A DNA stretch of 64,000 bases from Chiloscyllium plagiosum (Eukaryota), in contig NC_057748.1 in NCBI RefSeq assembly GCF_004010195.1, positions 27,690,180 to 27,754,179 of the forward strand, written 5' to 3'. Position numbers and translations under genes: made by a program. Position 1 is the first letter of the stretch. Every line of letters begins with the position of its first letter. Under the pieces are notes generated by a model, which was not told the origin of the DNA, did no database searches, and was given only the letters and a program-made list of their open reading frames with translations. Of the stretch, positions 11,160 through 23,695 are shown piece by piece.

Positions 11160-14100
11160 AACAATTCTCTCACTCTCTCATTCAATCACAGAGGTAAAAG
11201 TACGGTATATATCAATAATTCTCTCACACATACAGTTCGGCATTCTTTTCATAATTCTGTGCGTCTCACAGACACACGTAGATCGGAGTATTATTTACAT
11301 CAATGATCCTCTCTCTTCCTCTCCTGTGTGTGACACTCTGGTCAGTTTTACATTAATAATTCGCTCTCTCACAGGAATACCCAGCATCATATTATATTTA
11401 TTACTAATTGTTGTTATTTTTATTTTAAAATTCTCTGTCGTGCACACACATGAGTCAGAGATTATATCAGTAATTGTCTCACACGTACCGGTCAGTGTTG
11501 CATGAATAATTCACTCTCATGCAGACAGTCGCAGGGTCAGAATGTTATTTATATTAATCTATCTGTTAGTCTCTCTCTCTGTCCCCTTCTCCCTCACACA
11601 CACTGATGGACATGCACATGTGCGTGCACGCGTGTACACACACACACACGCACACACAAGTCAATGTGTTATTTATATTAATCATTCTTATTATCACAAA
11701 CACACAGATTAGAAATTATATCAGTAATTCGGCCTCGCACACTCACAGGTCAGTGATATATTTATATTCCCATCTCTCAAAAATGCATCCAGGTCAGTGA
11801 TTACAACAATAATCCCCTCTCACACGCACATCTCAGAGATTCTAATAATAATTCTGTCACATTTACAAGTCAGGGCTTCTAATAATTCTCTCTCTCCCTA
11901 TCTGTCGTTCAAATGTAAAACACACGCGGGTCTGAGATTATAACAAAAATCCCCTCTCACACAAGCGGGTCAGGATATTATCTATATTTTAGTAATTCTG
12001 TCTCTCTCAGACACACATAGGTCAAAGCGTTATTCACATTACCATTAATATAGTCTCTGATGTTTGCATTTGCGTGAGAGATAATTACTAATGGCTCACT
12101 GGCCTGGATGTGGGAGAGAATTATTGATAAGCTCTGATGTGTGTATATTTGCATGACAGAATTATTAATATAAATGTCACACTGAACATTCTATGCATTG
12201 GGGTGGGGAGGGGACCAGACAGAGAGGTGGGAGAGAGGTAAGAGGGAGAGAGAGAGATGGAGAGAGCGAAGTATTAACATCCATGAAACACTTGTGTGAC
12301 TGTATGCGTGAGAGACAGAACATTTGTGTAACGCTGACCTTTATATGAGAGACGGAGAGGCACAGAGAGAAAGATTGAAACAATTAAAAGTCAGACCTGT
12401 GCGTGTTTCTAAGTGAGACAACTATTAACGTAACTCTGAGTGGTGTGTGTAAGAGAGAATTATTGATACAATCTCTGAACTGCTTTTGTTTGTGAGAAAG
12501 AGAATTATCAATGTAACACTTACTGGATACAATCTCAGACCTAAACATTCTATGCATTGGGGTGGGGAGGGGACCAGACAGAGAGGTGGGAGAGAGGTAA
12601 GAGGGAGAGAGAGAGATGGAGAGAGCGAAGTATTAACATCCATGAAACACTTGTGAGACTGTATGCGTGTGAGAGACAGAACATTCGTGTAACGCTGACC
12701 TTTGTATGAGAGACGGAGAGGCACAGAGAGAAAGATTGAAGCAATTAAAAGTCTGACCTGTGCGTGTTTCTAAGTGAGACAACTATTAACGTAACTCTGA
12801 GTGGTGTGTGTAAGAGAGAATTACTGATACAGTCTCTGAACTGCTTTTGTTTGTGAGAAAGAGAATTATCAATGTAACACTTACTGGATACAATCTCAGA
12901 CCTATCTATTTACATTACCACTCTGAATGGTCCCCTCCCCACCCCAATGCATAGAATGTTCAGTGTGACATTTATATTAATAATTCTGTCATGCAAATAT
13001 ACACACATCAGAGTTTATCAATAATTCTCTCCCACATCCAGGTCGGTGAGCCATTAGTAATTATCTCTCACGCAAATGCAAACATCAGAGACTATATTAA
13101 TAACTCTCTCTCACACAAACACAGGTCAAGATTATATCAATAACTCTCTCTTAGACACGCAGATCAGTATTGTATACCCAATCTCTCTCTCAAACAAAGA
13201 CATAACGATCATACTTTCTCCCCCTCTCTCTCTCTGACGTACATACACACACAAAGGTCAGTGTGTTATATATGTGAATAATTCCCAATCTCTAACAAAC
13301 ACGCAGTTCAGAGGTTGTAAAACATTTCTCTCACACACAATGCAGGTCACAGTTACATAATAATTCCCTCTCACACGCAAACCCATAGATATTTTAGTTC
13401 TCTTTACATTAATAACTCTCCTACTCTCTCTGAAAAACTCACACATACACATGCATAAAGACAGGTCAGATACTCTACCAAAAATTCTCTCACACACAAT
13501 CATAATACTCTCACTCACAAATGCACACAGGTCAAATGGTTCATATCAATAATTCTCCCCCCCCCCCCCCCCCAACACACACACACATAGACAATGTTAT
13601 ACTTGTAATTGGCTGTCTCATATACGCGCACACACCAGTCAGAATGCTACATATCTTCGTAATTCATTCTCTTTCTCTCTTCCTCTCTCTTTCTCATACT
13701 GATACATATGCACACAGAACAAAGCGTACATCATTAATTCTCTCTGTCACGCACGTCAGATAGATCATCTTAATATTTGTCACACATAGGTCAGAGTATA
13801 CATAACACTGTTTATTCTCACAGCAGATCATATAGCTATATTACTAACTCTTGCCCTCTTTCTCATACACAGGTCAGTGTTACATTAATCATTAGAACAT
13901 AGAACACAGAAATTAGAAAAGTACAGCACAGAACAGGCCCTTTGACCCTCGATGTTGTGCCGAGATTTAGTCCTAATGTAAAAAAAGTTACAACCTACGC
14001 ACCCTTCAAGTCACTGCTATCCGTGTGCATGTCCAGCAGTCGCTTAAATGTTCTCTCTCACATAAATATTTAGCAGCCAGTGTTATTTATATCAACAATT

Positions 14101-14534
14101 CTCTCTCTCTATCTCTCTCACCCACTCCCCAACACACATGAACACGCTCACACGCAAGGACAAACACGTCAGACATTGTTAGATTTCTCTCTGACAAGCA
14201 GGTCAGTGATATATTAATAGTTCTTCCTTTCACAAAAACACCCAGGTCAGTGTGTTAAGCAGATTAACAATTCTCCCTCTCACTCATACACATCTCACAC
14301 GCAGCTCCGAGATTTAATCAAAAATTCTCTCACACTCAAATAGACCAGCGTGCAATTTATATTCTCTCTCTCTCCCTGTCTCCCTAGCTCTCTCTCACTC
14401 TCTCTCTATCACGCACACACAAGGACACAGATCAGCACTAACGTCAAAATTCTCTTTAAACTACACAGGTCAATCTTACATTAATACTTCTCTCACACAG
14501 ACGCACACGCCAGTGTGCTAATTGTCCTTATGAT

Positions 14535-14567
<33 letters not shown>

Positions 14568-15560
14568 ATCTCTATTTCACCTCACTCCCTTCATACATGC
14601 ACACACAGAGGTCTCCTTTATATTAATAGTTCTCCCTCATAAAAAGGCACAGGTTAGAGTCATACTTATATTCATAATTCTCTGTTTTACAAAAACACAG
14701 AGGTCAGTGTGTTATTTAGGTTCGTAACTGTTTGTCTCCCTCTCTCTGACATATACACTAATACTCATTAGAAATTACAACAACAATAATTCATTGTCAC
14801 AATACAGGTCAGATGGATTATATCAAGTATTTACTCACAGAGAGAGGTCGGAGTTATATTAATATTTCACTGTCTCACTCAATCACACTGATTAGAGTGT
14901 TATGGATATAAGTAATTCTCTGTCTCTCATATTCACACACATAACACCTAGATCAGATTTTACATCAATAATTATATCTCTCACACGCAAGTCTTATCGT
15001 ATGTCTTAATAAAAAACATAAATTGCTAGAAAGGCTCAGCAGATCTAGCAGCATCTGTGTAGAGAAATCAGAGTTAAAGCTTCGGGTCCAGTGGCCCTTC
15101 TGCGGGAACCATTATAAGATTTCTGTCACATACTAGTCAAAGTGTTTTATATATACTAATAATCATTTCTCACACGCAGATCAGATAGTTATGTTAATAA
15201 CTCTCATCCTCTCCCTGTCTCTCTAACACACGCAAATACACAGAGATCAGATTTTCCTATTAAGTATTCTCTCTCAAACACACACTCACACATACAGGAC
15301 AGCGTGTAATATGCCACTAATTCTCTCTTGCCTCGTTCTCATACACAAACCTAAGCATATATGTCAGAGCGTTATAGATAGGAATAAACCCGTCTCGTGT
15401 TCAGTGTCTCTCAAACACACATAGGTCAGACTGTCAGGCATTAAGTATGCTGTCTTTCATGCGTACTAATACATGAAGTCAGAGTATTATATATTAATAA
15501 TTTAGAGTTTCTGTCCCTATGCACACAGTTCAGACTCTTACATGTTTCGTAATTTTCCCT
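11160..15560. repeat. J-C intron degenerate ~40-bp minisatellite (CACACAGGTCAGAG.TTATAT.AATAATTCTCTCTC)
   Basis: Dozens of recurrences of CAGGTCAG and AATAATTCTCTC. Confidence 0.85.
12044..13101. repeat. Inverted repeat (12044-12217 / 12928-13101) enclosing a ~360-bp tandem duplication (12185-12543 / 12544-12904)
   Basis: Arms are reverse complements with ~3 mismatches; the tandem copies are near-identical. Confidence 0.9.
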
Positions 15561-15632
15561 CTCATGCATTGGTCAAAGTGTTTTTTTTGTTCGTACATTT
15601 AATCATCTTTTGCTCTCTTTCCCCACACGTCG

Positions 15633-15944
15633 GTAGTAATGATCTGAAACCTTCTGTCCTTCTGCTTCCTCCTTCGCCAAATCAAATACACACGGGGTCA
15701 GCGATTCTATCCTGTCTGGTGAGTCATTTTAAGCCAGATCCTCTGGAACGTAGGAGGGAAAAACACAGACGGCGGGGTGACCACAAGTCCCGTGTCCCTG
15801 GACAGCGATCAAAGCTACAGGCTGAGCAGTTACCTGACAGACCCGGCCACTGACTGGAGGAAAGGCTACAGGTATTCCTACACTGTGAGATACGGTTGAC
15901 TGAACTCGCCTCTTCTCAACGCCATCAGCGCCAGCGACTGTTAG
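15633..15944 (+). pseudogene. Ig light chain constant exon (type I/sigma-cart), disabled
   Basis: SNDLKPSVLLLPPS...LSCLVSHFKP, then a frameshift at ~15737 (apparent ~11-nt loss) into ILWNVGGKNTDGGVTTSPVSLDSDQSYRLSSYL...DWRKGYRYSYTV. The second Cys is Tyr (15879), there is a premature TGA at 15897, a terminal C-stop at 15939-44, and the acceptor is CG instead of AG (15631-32). Confidence 0.92.
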
Positions 15945-16234
15945 CTCTGAGGCAAACGATGACCCGGATCAGTCGCTGTCAGTCATGCGGCATTTTGATG
16001 TTTGTTTTAGTTTTGCAATGTAATTTCTGCAGCAAAACAGTATTTAGAAACAACATGAATATTAAAGGGCATCAGGAGCGAGTGAAATGCTTGTTCAGTT
16101 TGGTGAGTGGGGGGTTTCTGCTGCAATTGGCCCCAGTATTTTGTGTGTAAACTCGAGATCTGGGTAGAATGTGGACCAACATCCCTTTTAGACAATGACC
16201 ATGTTGCATTTGTGAACTATATAACGCAGTTCTG

Positions 16235-16240
16235 AATAAA
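16235..16240 (+). terminator. Putative polyadenylation signal of the C exon
   Basis: AATAAA ~290 nt after the C stop codon. Confidence 0.55.
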
Positions 16241-16721
16241 CATGAAATGGCATCATGAAATGACTGTCCTCATTATTGAACATTGAAAAGGGAGTCTTAG
16301 CAGTGGATAGTTTTCACCTGTGAAAGAATCAAAAAGAATTACATTAAATGATGGCGTGGGATCGCACATCAATAACATTCACCTCAACCAATGCCGATAC
16401 GAGCGTGAGCCTATTCACCCCCTACTCCCTATGGGTGTGTGGCTCATTCGCCCCACTCCCAGTGGTAGCGAGTCTTTTAATTTCCCTGCCTGAGGAAGTT
16501 CATTTTGGATTACTGCCTGAATTTATTATGACTGGGTGATGCTGATCAACTTTGACATTGTTTTATTTTCAAGAAATAAAACATTCCACTCCATCATATC
16601 CTTAGCACTTTAAGAGTCTCAAACAAGTTAGACACTCTCTCCTGATTCTTCTAACCCCCCAGTTCTAGAATAAACCTTTCAACGAAACCCACTTTCCGAG
16701 TGCCTCTGTAATTTTTTTAAA

Positions 16722-17031
16722 GAATAGATTCTCTACAGTATAGAAACAGGCTATTTTGCCCAACAAGTCTACACCGAGCCTCTGAAGAGTAACCCACCCA
16801 GACCCATTCCCTTACCCTGCATTTACCCCTAACTAATGCACCTAAAACTATGGACAATCTGCCATGGTCAATTCATGTAACCTGCACATCTTTGAACTGT
16901 AGGAGGAAACTCACGCAGACACGGGGAGAAGATGCAGACTCCACACAGACAGTTGCCTGAGGCAAGAATCAAATCCGGGTCACTGGTGCTGTGAGGCATC
17001 ATTGCTAACCACTGAGACAGCATGCTGTCCC
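16722..17031 (-). mobile_element. HE1-type SINE (older)
   Basis: Homologous to the 41053-41368 element. Confidence 0.8.
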
Positions 17032-17249
17032 AGAATTTGAGCTTCAATTAAGCACAGTAAGCCTGACGTGATTCTGTAATAGAACTAGGTGACTTGGACT
17101 CTATACCTTAGTGTAGTCTAACTGACAAATATAATTAGTGGCTGCACTGTGTAAGACACATGCTGTGCCGGGGAAAGCATACTTTTGTTCACAAACAGGA
17201 AACTTGCAGAGAGGTGTCCATCACTGCCCTGTTTCCCAGTACAGGTCTC

Positions 17250-18460
17250 TCGCTCTCTCTCACTCTGTGTCTCTGTCTCTGTCTCTGTCTGTCTCTCTCT
17301 CTTTCCCTCTCTCTGTCTTTGTCTCTCCCTCTCTCTCACACACGAAACTCATGCCATCCAGCTTACAACATTCCTAATATCGACAAGTTTTCAGTCAGCC
17401 TTGACTACCCCGTCTCCAAATCTCAACGTCTGCCTGATGGACAGTCAGCTTATTCTGAGAATGTGGAGTCTTTGTCCTTTCCCATGTCATCCAAAATGAA
17501 CTATCTCTACTTCCTCAAGGAAACGTTTGTAAGATACCAGCAGAGGCAGTCAGGGGAGCCTTTGGCAGAAAGAACGGTGAGTGCATGTGGGCTGTGGGTG
17601 AGCATAGTCACTACTTAAGTTCACGGTCCCAGCTAACAGCAGGCTGAGGTGAGAAAGTCTCGCCAGCATTGGTGGCACTTACTAATATATTTGAAAAGGC
17701 TTTTCCAATCTAAAGCTGCAGGCTTTATTTGAGGCACAACCCTTATCTACACATACATTCACGTACACATATATACTTACATACACACATGCACACTTTG
17801 TCTTTATGCACACCTAACTCTCTCTTGCACACGCACTTTCCATCTTTTAGGAACACACCCTCATTATACCTACATACATTAACAAACTTTTCATCTGTCT
17901 CACACACACGTTAATGCACACTCACACATACTTTCTTGCACGTACTCTTGCTAATCCCCCCTCGCACACATGCATACTCTCGCTCATATGCACACTCTTT
18001 CTCTCTTTTTCACGGAGCCTCTTTAATTGTTTGTCTCATACACACAATTTCCCTTTTCACATACTCTCACTCATGCACGCATTCACAATCCCTTTAACAT
18101 TCTCTTTAACTCGCCCTCAGCTTCTGGCGCATTCTCTCTGTAACTATCTCACATACTCTCTCACTCAGCCACTTACACTCTTTCACACACACCTTGTTTC
18201 TCTCATACACAGACATTTTCACTTTTTCACACACTCATTCTTTACATTCTGTCACTCTCTCTCACACACGCACAAACACACATATATATGCACATTTTCT
18301 CTCTCTTACATGCACTCTCTGCATCTCCTTCCGTATCACGTACACATTTCTCTTTTAGACATGAATTCACTCCCACACGTTTTCTCCCACACACATGCCC
18401 TTGCTCTTACACAATTTCTCTTTTCACACATTCTCTGTCATACGCCCATAGATACAGAGT
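17250..18460. repeat. (CT)n/(CTGTCT)n and CA/CT low-complexity tracts
   Basis: 17250-17340 and 17730-18460. Confidence 0.8.
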
Positions 18461-18889
18461 AGCACATTTGGGACTGAGATTAAGAGAAATTCTTACTTTT
18501 GGCGGATGGAAGGCTGTGCACGCCAGGTCAAAGATGTCTTTTTTTTTTAGAAAGAAATCGCTTTTTTTTTAGGAATAAACATGATGAGGGGTATGGAGAG
18601 AAGAGTAGCAAAATGGCATTAAGATCGAGTTTGAGCAAGACTGGAATTTAATGACAGAGCTGACCTGATGGGCCAAATCTTCTCAAACTGCTCTTCTGCC
18701 TTGTGTTTTTTGACACAGACATTGGACTCACACATGGAGAGAGGGAAACACAAATGCACAAATTAATATCTTCTACCACGATCTAGAGTGGGAACCAAAT
18801 CTCAACATAGTTAGCATTCACTCTGCGATTATCCAGATATTTTTCTCTCTTATTTCATGTGCTTCATAATCCTGAAGCTAAGTAATTAA

Positions 18890-19340
18890 CAAGGGAAACC
18901 CACTGGGGAGACCTCAGAATTATCTTATGCAGAGAAATTGGGTAGACTCGACCTATACTCCCTAGTGTTTTAAAAATGAGAGGAGAACAAATCGAGGTGG
19001 ATAATATGCTAAATGGGATTCACAAAGTAGACGTGGAGAGTATGTTTCCTTGTGTGAATTATCTAATCCGAGAGGTCCTGGTTTTCGGATATGTGGTAGT
19101 CATTTAAAATTTAGATGAGGATGAATGATTTCTCTTAGAGAGAGTTGTGAATTTATGGAATTTATGGAATGCTGGATCACTGAGTAACGTGGAGGAAAAG
19201 ATAGATGTTATTTGAAAATGGGTTCAGGGGCTCATGGGGCATGAGCAGGCAAGTTAAGGCTGTGACGAGATCAATCACGATCGTATTATATCATGTAACA
19301 GGCTGAATGGCCTCCTTCCGTCCAAGATCTTATCTTCTGA
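18890..19340 (+). mobile_element. CR1 LINE 3' end
   Basis: Degenerate CR1 ORF2 end plus GGCTGAATGGCCTCC tail; paralog at ~36600-37040. Confidence 0.65.
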
Positions 19341-20124
19341 TGAGACTCTCCCTGCAGAGGCGAGACAATAGAGCAAACCCTGACTGTCTGTAACCAGAAC
19401 AGAAACTGCTGAGATAACATGGTGGAGAACCAAATGCCACCAAGGTATGAGCCTACAATACTTTAACTAGACCTTTCTGAATGTGGATGACAGTACAGCA
19501 TTTGCGTCCTTTAGAGTGGAAGAAAAGTAGTGACAACAACTACAACTGCCTCTATAACAAGACAAGGAAAGTTCGGTTGAGAATGATCAAATCAGTCAGG
19601 ATCTCATTAAATTGTGGAGCAAACTGAAAGGGATGAGTGGCTCACTCCTCTTCCTTCGTCTGAAAATCCTTCCAAGTCGGAATTGTATGAGTCCAAACCG
19701 AAAATGTCCTGGTAAACAATGAATGGACATCACAATTGGTCAGTTCAGTCAGAATCAATCCTGACACCGCATGAATGATAGATTGAAGAAGAAATAGAAA
19801 TAATGAACTGCAGCATTGGACTCAGTGTTCAGATGAACTGGATTTCACTCTGTATCAGGACGCTGCAGAGAAAAGAGGAAGCGATATCTACACAACAAAA
19901 CAGCGCATTGACTGTGACGTTAGCTGTCTCATTTTGGCTCGGTGTTGGGGAAATGGTGGATCTCGCTGGTTGAGATTGTGACCAGCATGACCAGTGTCTG
20001 GGAAGGCCAGTCAGAGCATCTGAGCGGTTTTGCATCGTTTGGTTCCCACTGAAACTGTTCGTACAAGATGATTTGTTACTCAGATGGGGGTGTGGTGGAG
20101 GAAAGATAGTGCAGGAGTCGGTTC

Positions 20125-20483
20125 ATAGAAGCATAGTATCCCTACAGTGTTGAAACAGACCATTCCACGCAAGAAGTTCACATTGACCGTTCAAAGAGCA
20201 ACTCAATCAGACACATTATCTTTCCCTAATAGCTTACATTTACCGTTGACTAATGCACCTAACCTACATATCGCTGAATATTATGGGCAATTTAGCATAG
20301 CCAGTTCACCTGACCTCCACGTCTTTGTAGTGTGACAGGATACCAGAAAACTTGGAAGAAACCCGAGCAGACACGGGGTAAATATGCAAAAATCCAGACA
20401 GGCAGTCTCCTGAGGTGGGAATCTACCACTGATCCCTGGCACTGTGAGGCAACGGTGATAACCACTGAGTCACTGTGTTGCCC
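20125..20483 (-). mobile_element. HE1-type SINE (older)
   Basis: Homologous to the 41053-41368 element. Confidence 0.75.
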
Positions 20484-20665
20484 AGAATGGTTCAGAACGC
20501 TTGTTCTACCTATTCTTGTGAATATTACCTGGCCCGAGTTTGAAAGGCAGTACACTGTCTGGAAGCCATCAGCACAGAACAAAAATTTAGGAGAAAGTTT
20601 CCTGCTCATGGATTAGAAGTCTCGCCTTGGCATTTTTCTGGAGGTGGACAGCACCCTTATTCATG

Positions 20666-21742
20666 CCGCAGGGTGGCGCTGTGACTAATGTGTGCCCTCA
20701 ACAAAACTGCTGTGTGGTGCTTGACTGATTGTTTCTTTTTTTTCTTTATTCTTGAACAGAATGAGAGCGTCACTGGCTAGGCAGTGACACACATACACAC
20801 ACACGCACACACGAACACTCATCCCTGCTGCTAGGTGGTGCTCCAACTGCAGGTGATGCTCGAACATCAACACGTACTCATCCCAGCTGTTAGCTCCTGT
20901 TCTAGCTACTGTATATACAGAGGAACCTGGATTAGCTGAACGTGACGGACGGACAGTATTTCGTTTGAATACATAATTATGCAGATAATCAATTTGACCT
21001 AAAACAAAGGAAACCATACTAATCTGATGCTTTACTCTACCGGAGAGTTTAATTAAATGCAGTACGTTGATGAGGCTGCTATTCAAATGAACAAATTTTT
21101 GCATTCTGCAAATTGCAGGTTAAACTGAGAAGGACTGAACCCTTACTGCCACGTAAGTGTTGACGACAAGGTTTTAAAATAGAGAAAACATTTATTCAAA
21201 AAATTACACGATGAAACACAAAGACCAGAATAAATAATCCACACAGAACTCAGTCTATCCAACTAGACTTAATAATGCTGTTCCAAATATACACAACAAT
21301 GCCAATAAGCAAACTCCCTTTGAAAAACCAGTATAAATGGAACACATGCTTACAGATTAAAGTGGGAGGGCAGAAAAAGAGGGAGAGAGTTTCCACAGAG
21401 GACCCCGTTGAACTCCTGGCTAGTTCAGACTGAACTAAACTGCTCAGCTCAGCTGGAGAGCTGACCGTTCCCCTTTCTTTATACAGGTGACTTCTGAAAC
21501 GTGACCACTTTGGCCTGAAGTCTCATCTGTTTGCTAATAAACAAAAGACCTCTCAAAATCATTTTCATCTCAAGCCAAACCAGACTGATTGGAGCCCAAC
21601 CCGGTTTATTACCATCTGAAAAACATCAAGGATAGAGTATCCTTGAGCTTTGAGTACAAAACAGGAGTAGCTGTATGACACATACACGTGCACACACACA
21701 CACACACACACATACACACAGATCCCTGAGGCTAGGTGGCGA
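20666..21742 (+). promoter_or_regulatory. Cluster of CTCF-consensus-like motifs downstream of C1
   Basis: CCGCAGGGTGGCGC 20666, CTGCTGTGTGGTGC 20707, CTGCTAGGTGGTGC 20828, AGGCTAGGTGGCGA 21729. Confidence 0.55.
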
Positions 21743-22729
21743 TATGTTATACTTTTCCCCAAAATTCTTGCATTCTCAGTAGTTCTGTATACCTAAAATG
21801 ATCGAAACAATTGATCGTGCGGTACTTGCTTGAAATGAGTTATATGAGATAAAATGCATGGTCTGAGGAAGGCTCCAACATGGACCCAAAACATTAAGTT
21901 TGATTTCTCTTCTCAGAAGCTGCAAGATCTGCTCATATTTTCCAACAAATTATGTTGCTGTTTCTGTTTTACAGGAGTCACAGTTGTTTCGGTTTTAATT
22001 TGTTATTTGGGGTATTTGAGTTCATAATTTGTTGTCACATTAGACATTTTAAAATTACCTTTGTTATTGGCACATGTATCGAAGTACACTGAAACCTTTT
22101 GTGTTGCGTGCAAAACTGGTAGAATGCATCATTTAAAGTGTACTCGGGTAATAGAACAGAGCGAGTAATATAATGTTATGGATGAAGAGAAGCTGCACAA
22201 GGAGTAAAATCATTATTATATTTATTATTGGAGTGTTTCATTCAGAAGTCTGATAACAACACGGAAGACGTCATTCTTAAATTTGTTCCTGCGAATGTGC
22301 AAGCCTTTGTATCTGCTGCCCGATAGAATAGATTAAAATCGGGATGGGAGGGTTGTTTGATTATGTTGGCTTTCCTTCCGAGGCTGCGAGAAGTATCGAT
22401 GGAGTCAATACATGGAAGGTTGTCTTGTGTGCTGGACTGGACTGTGTTCACAACTGACCATATTTTCTTACAGTCCTGGGCAGAGCGGTTGACACACAGT
22501 GGTTGAATGGGGTTTGTGGGTGGGGCGGTTTTGGGGGGTGGGGTGGGGACGGGGTTGGATGGGGTTGGGGGCGGTCCGTGCGCTGTGTGCTGCTGCAGTC
22601 TCCTGAATGGGGAGCAGACTTTAAAAACTCCGAGCCCCAGAGGAAAGGCATTTAATCAATTAATCGAATAGTCGATTATCCAAACGAAAGAGTGCCCACC
22701 CATCTCGTTCGGATAATTGAGGTTCCCTG
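20918..22729. mobile_element. Tc1/mariner (Tigger-like) terminal inverted repeat ends
   Basis: TA|CAGAGGAACCTGGATTAGCTGAACG at 20918 and CGTTCGGATAATTGAGGTTCCCTG|TA ending at 22729 are ~55-bp imperfect inverted repeats. Confidence 0.55.
21120..21680 (-). mobile_element. LTR-like fragment
   Basis: Ends in TGACA (TGTCA on minus), with minus-strand TATAAA (~21478) and AATAAA (~21191); absent from unit 2. Confidence 0.45.
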
Positions 22730-22997
22730 TACTGCATATTATACACACTGCCCTAATCCCTGTCGGTAGGTGACGGTGTGAGACATAGATATCCCTTAGT
22801 GTCTGTGTACACATAGACATCTGATATATACCCCAAGTCCATCGCTAAAGGCTGCAGATACATAACGCCATTCTTGACAATAGGAGGCGCTATGAATGAT
22901 GTACATCTTCATCTGAGATGCTGGGTGATGCTCCGACTGACGATTTCATTTTCCCCATACTCATCACTGCCCTTATATTCTTAACAGTTTTGCATAG

Positions 22998-23695
22998 TGT
23001 TAGGACACGGGTAAACCCTCCTGCTTAATTTAAACCAGCAACACAGAAAAGATATACCCCGTGCAGTAATCTGTGAAAATCGAGAGGTCAGGAACTAAAA
23101 GAAGTAAAAATTAATAACTTTCTTTCTTAAAGTATAACACAGAATAATTGACAAACAACCATTAGCAACTCTTTTCTCTGACTTATCTTTTACTTTCCCT
23201 TCTATAAAACTAATCCAATACAACCCCCCGATTCAGATTTATTGAAAAATTCAAATTTCAAAACCAACCAGCTGTCGAATTTTCTCCTTTCAGATTCTGT
23301 CTCTAGGTCAGTGTCGATTTTTTTTCTCTCTGTGCAAACTCCATCTCCAGACAGGTACCTTTCAGACAGTTCTGACTAGCAGTCTACACCTGTTGGTGTC
23401 GTGGCAGTTGTCCTCCCAACAGTTCAATCTTCCCCGGTCTTATACCCCAAAGCATCGGCTTTTAAGATTGTCAATATACTAAATTCAAACTTGATTGGAA
23501 TTTGGTATTGTTCGGGATATAATTTAAACTGATTGGCCTAATTCGAAACTGTTTTATCGTTTCCAGGCAACCCAGATAATATAACTTTCGACTAAGTGTT
23601 ATGTTGTTGCCTTATTGTGAACACTTGGTGCAGATAATATAACTTTCTAGCTTCTAACTCTCTTAAAGGTGCAGTGTACCCACATCTTCATAACA
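22998..23695 (-). mobile_element. Solo LTR
   Basis: TGTTA...TAACA termini and a 4-bp TSD ATAG on both sides; on minus, TATAA (23440-44) precedes AATAAA (23238-43). Confidence 0.8.

Noticed and set aside
17160-18572. ORFs over CT/CA tracts (also 25073-25528, 55017-56223, 61772-62125)
   Set aside because: Low-complexity translations (LSLSL, HTHT)
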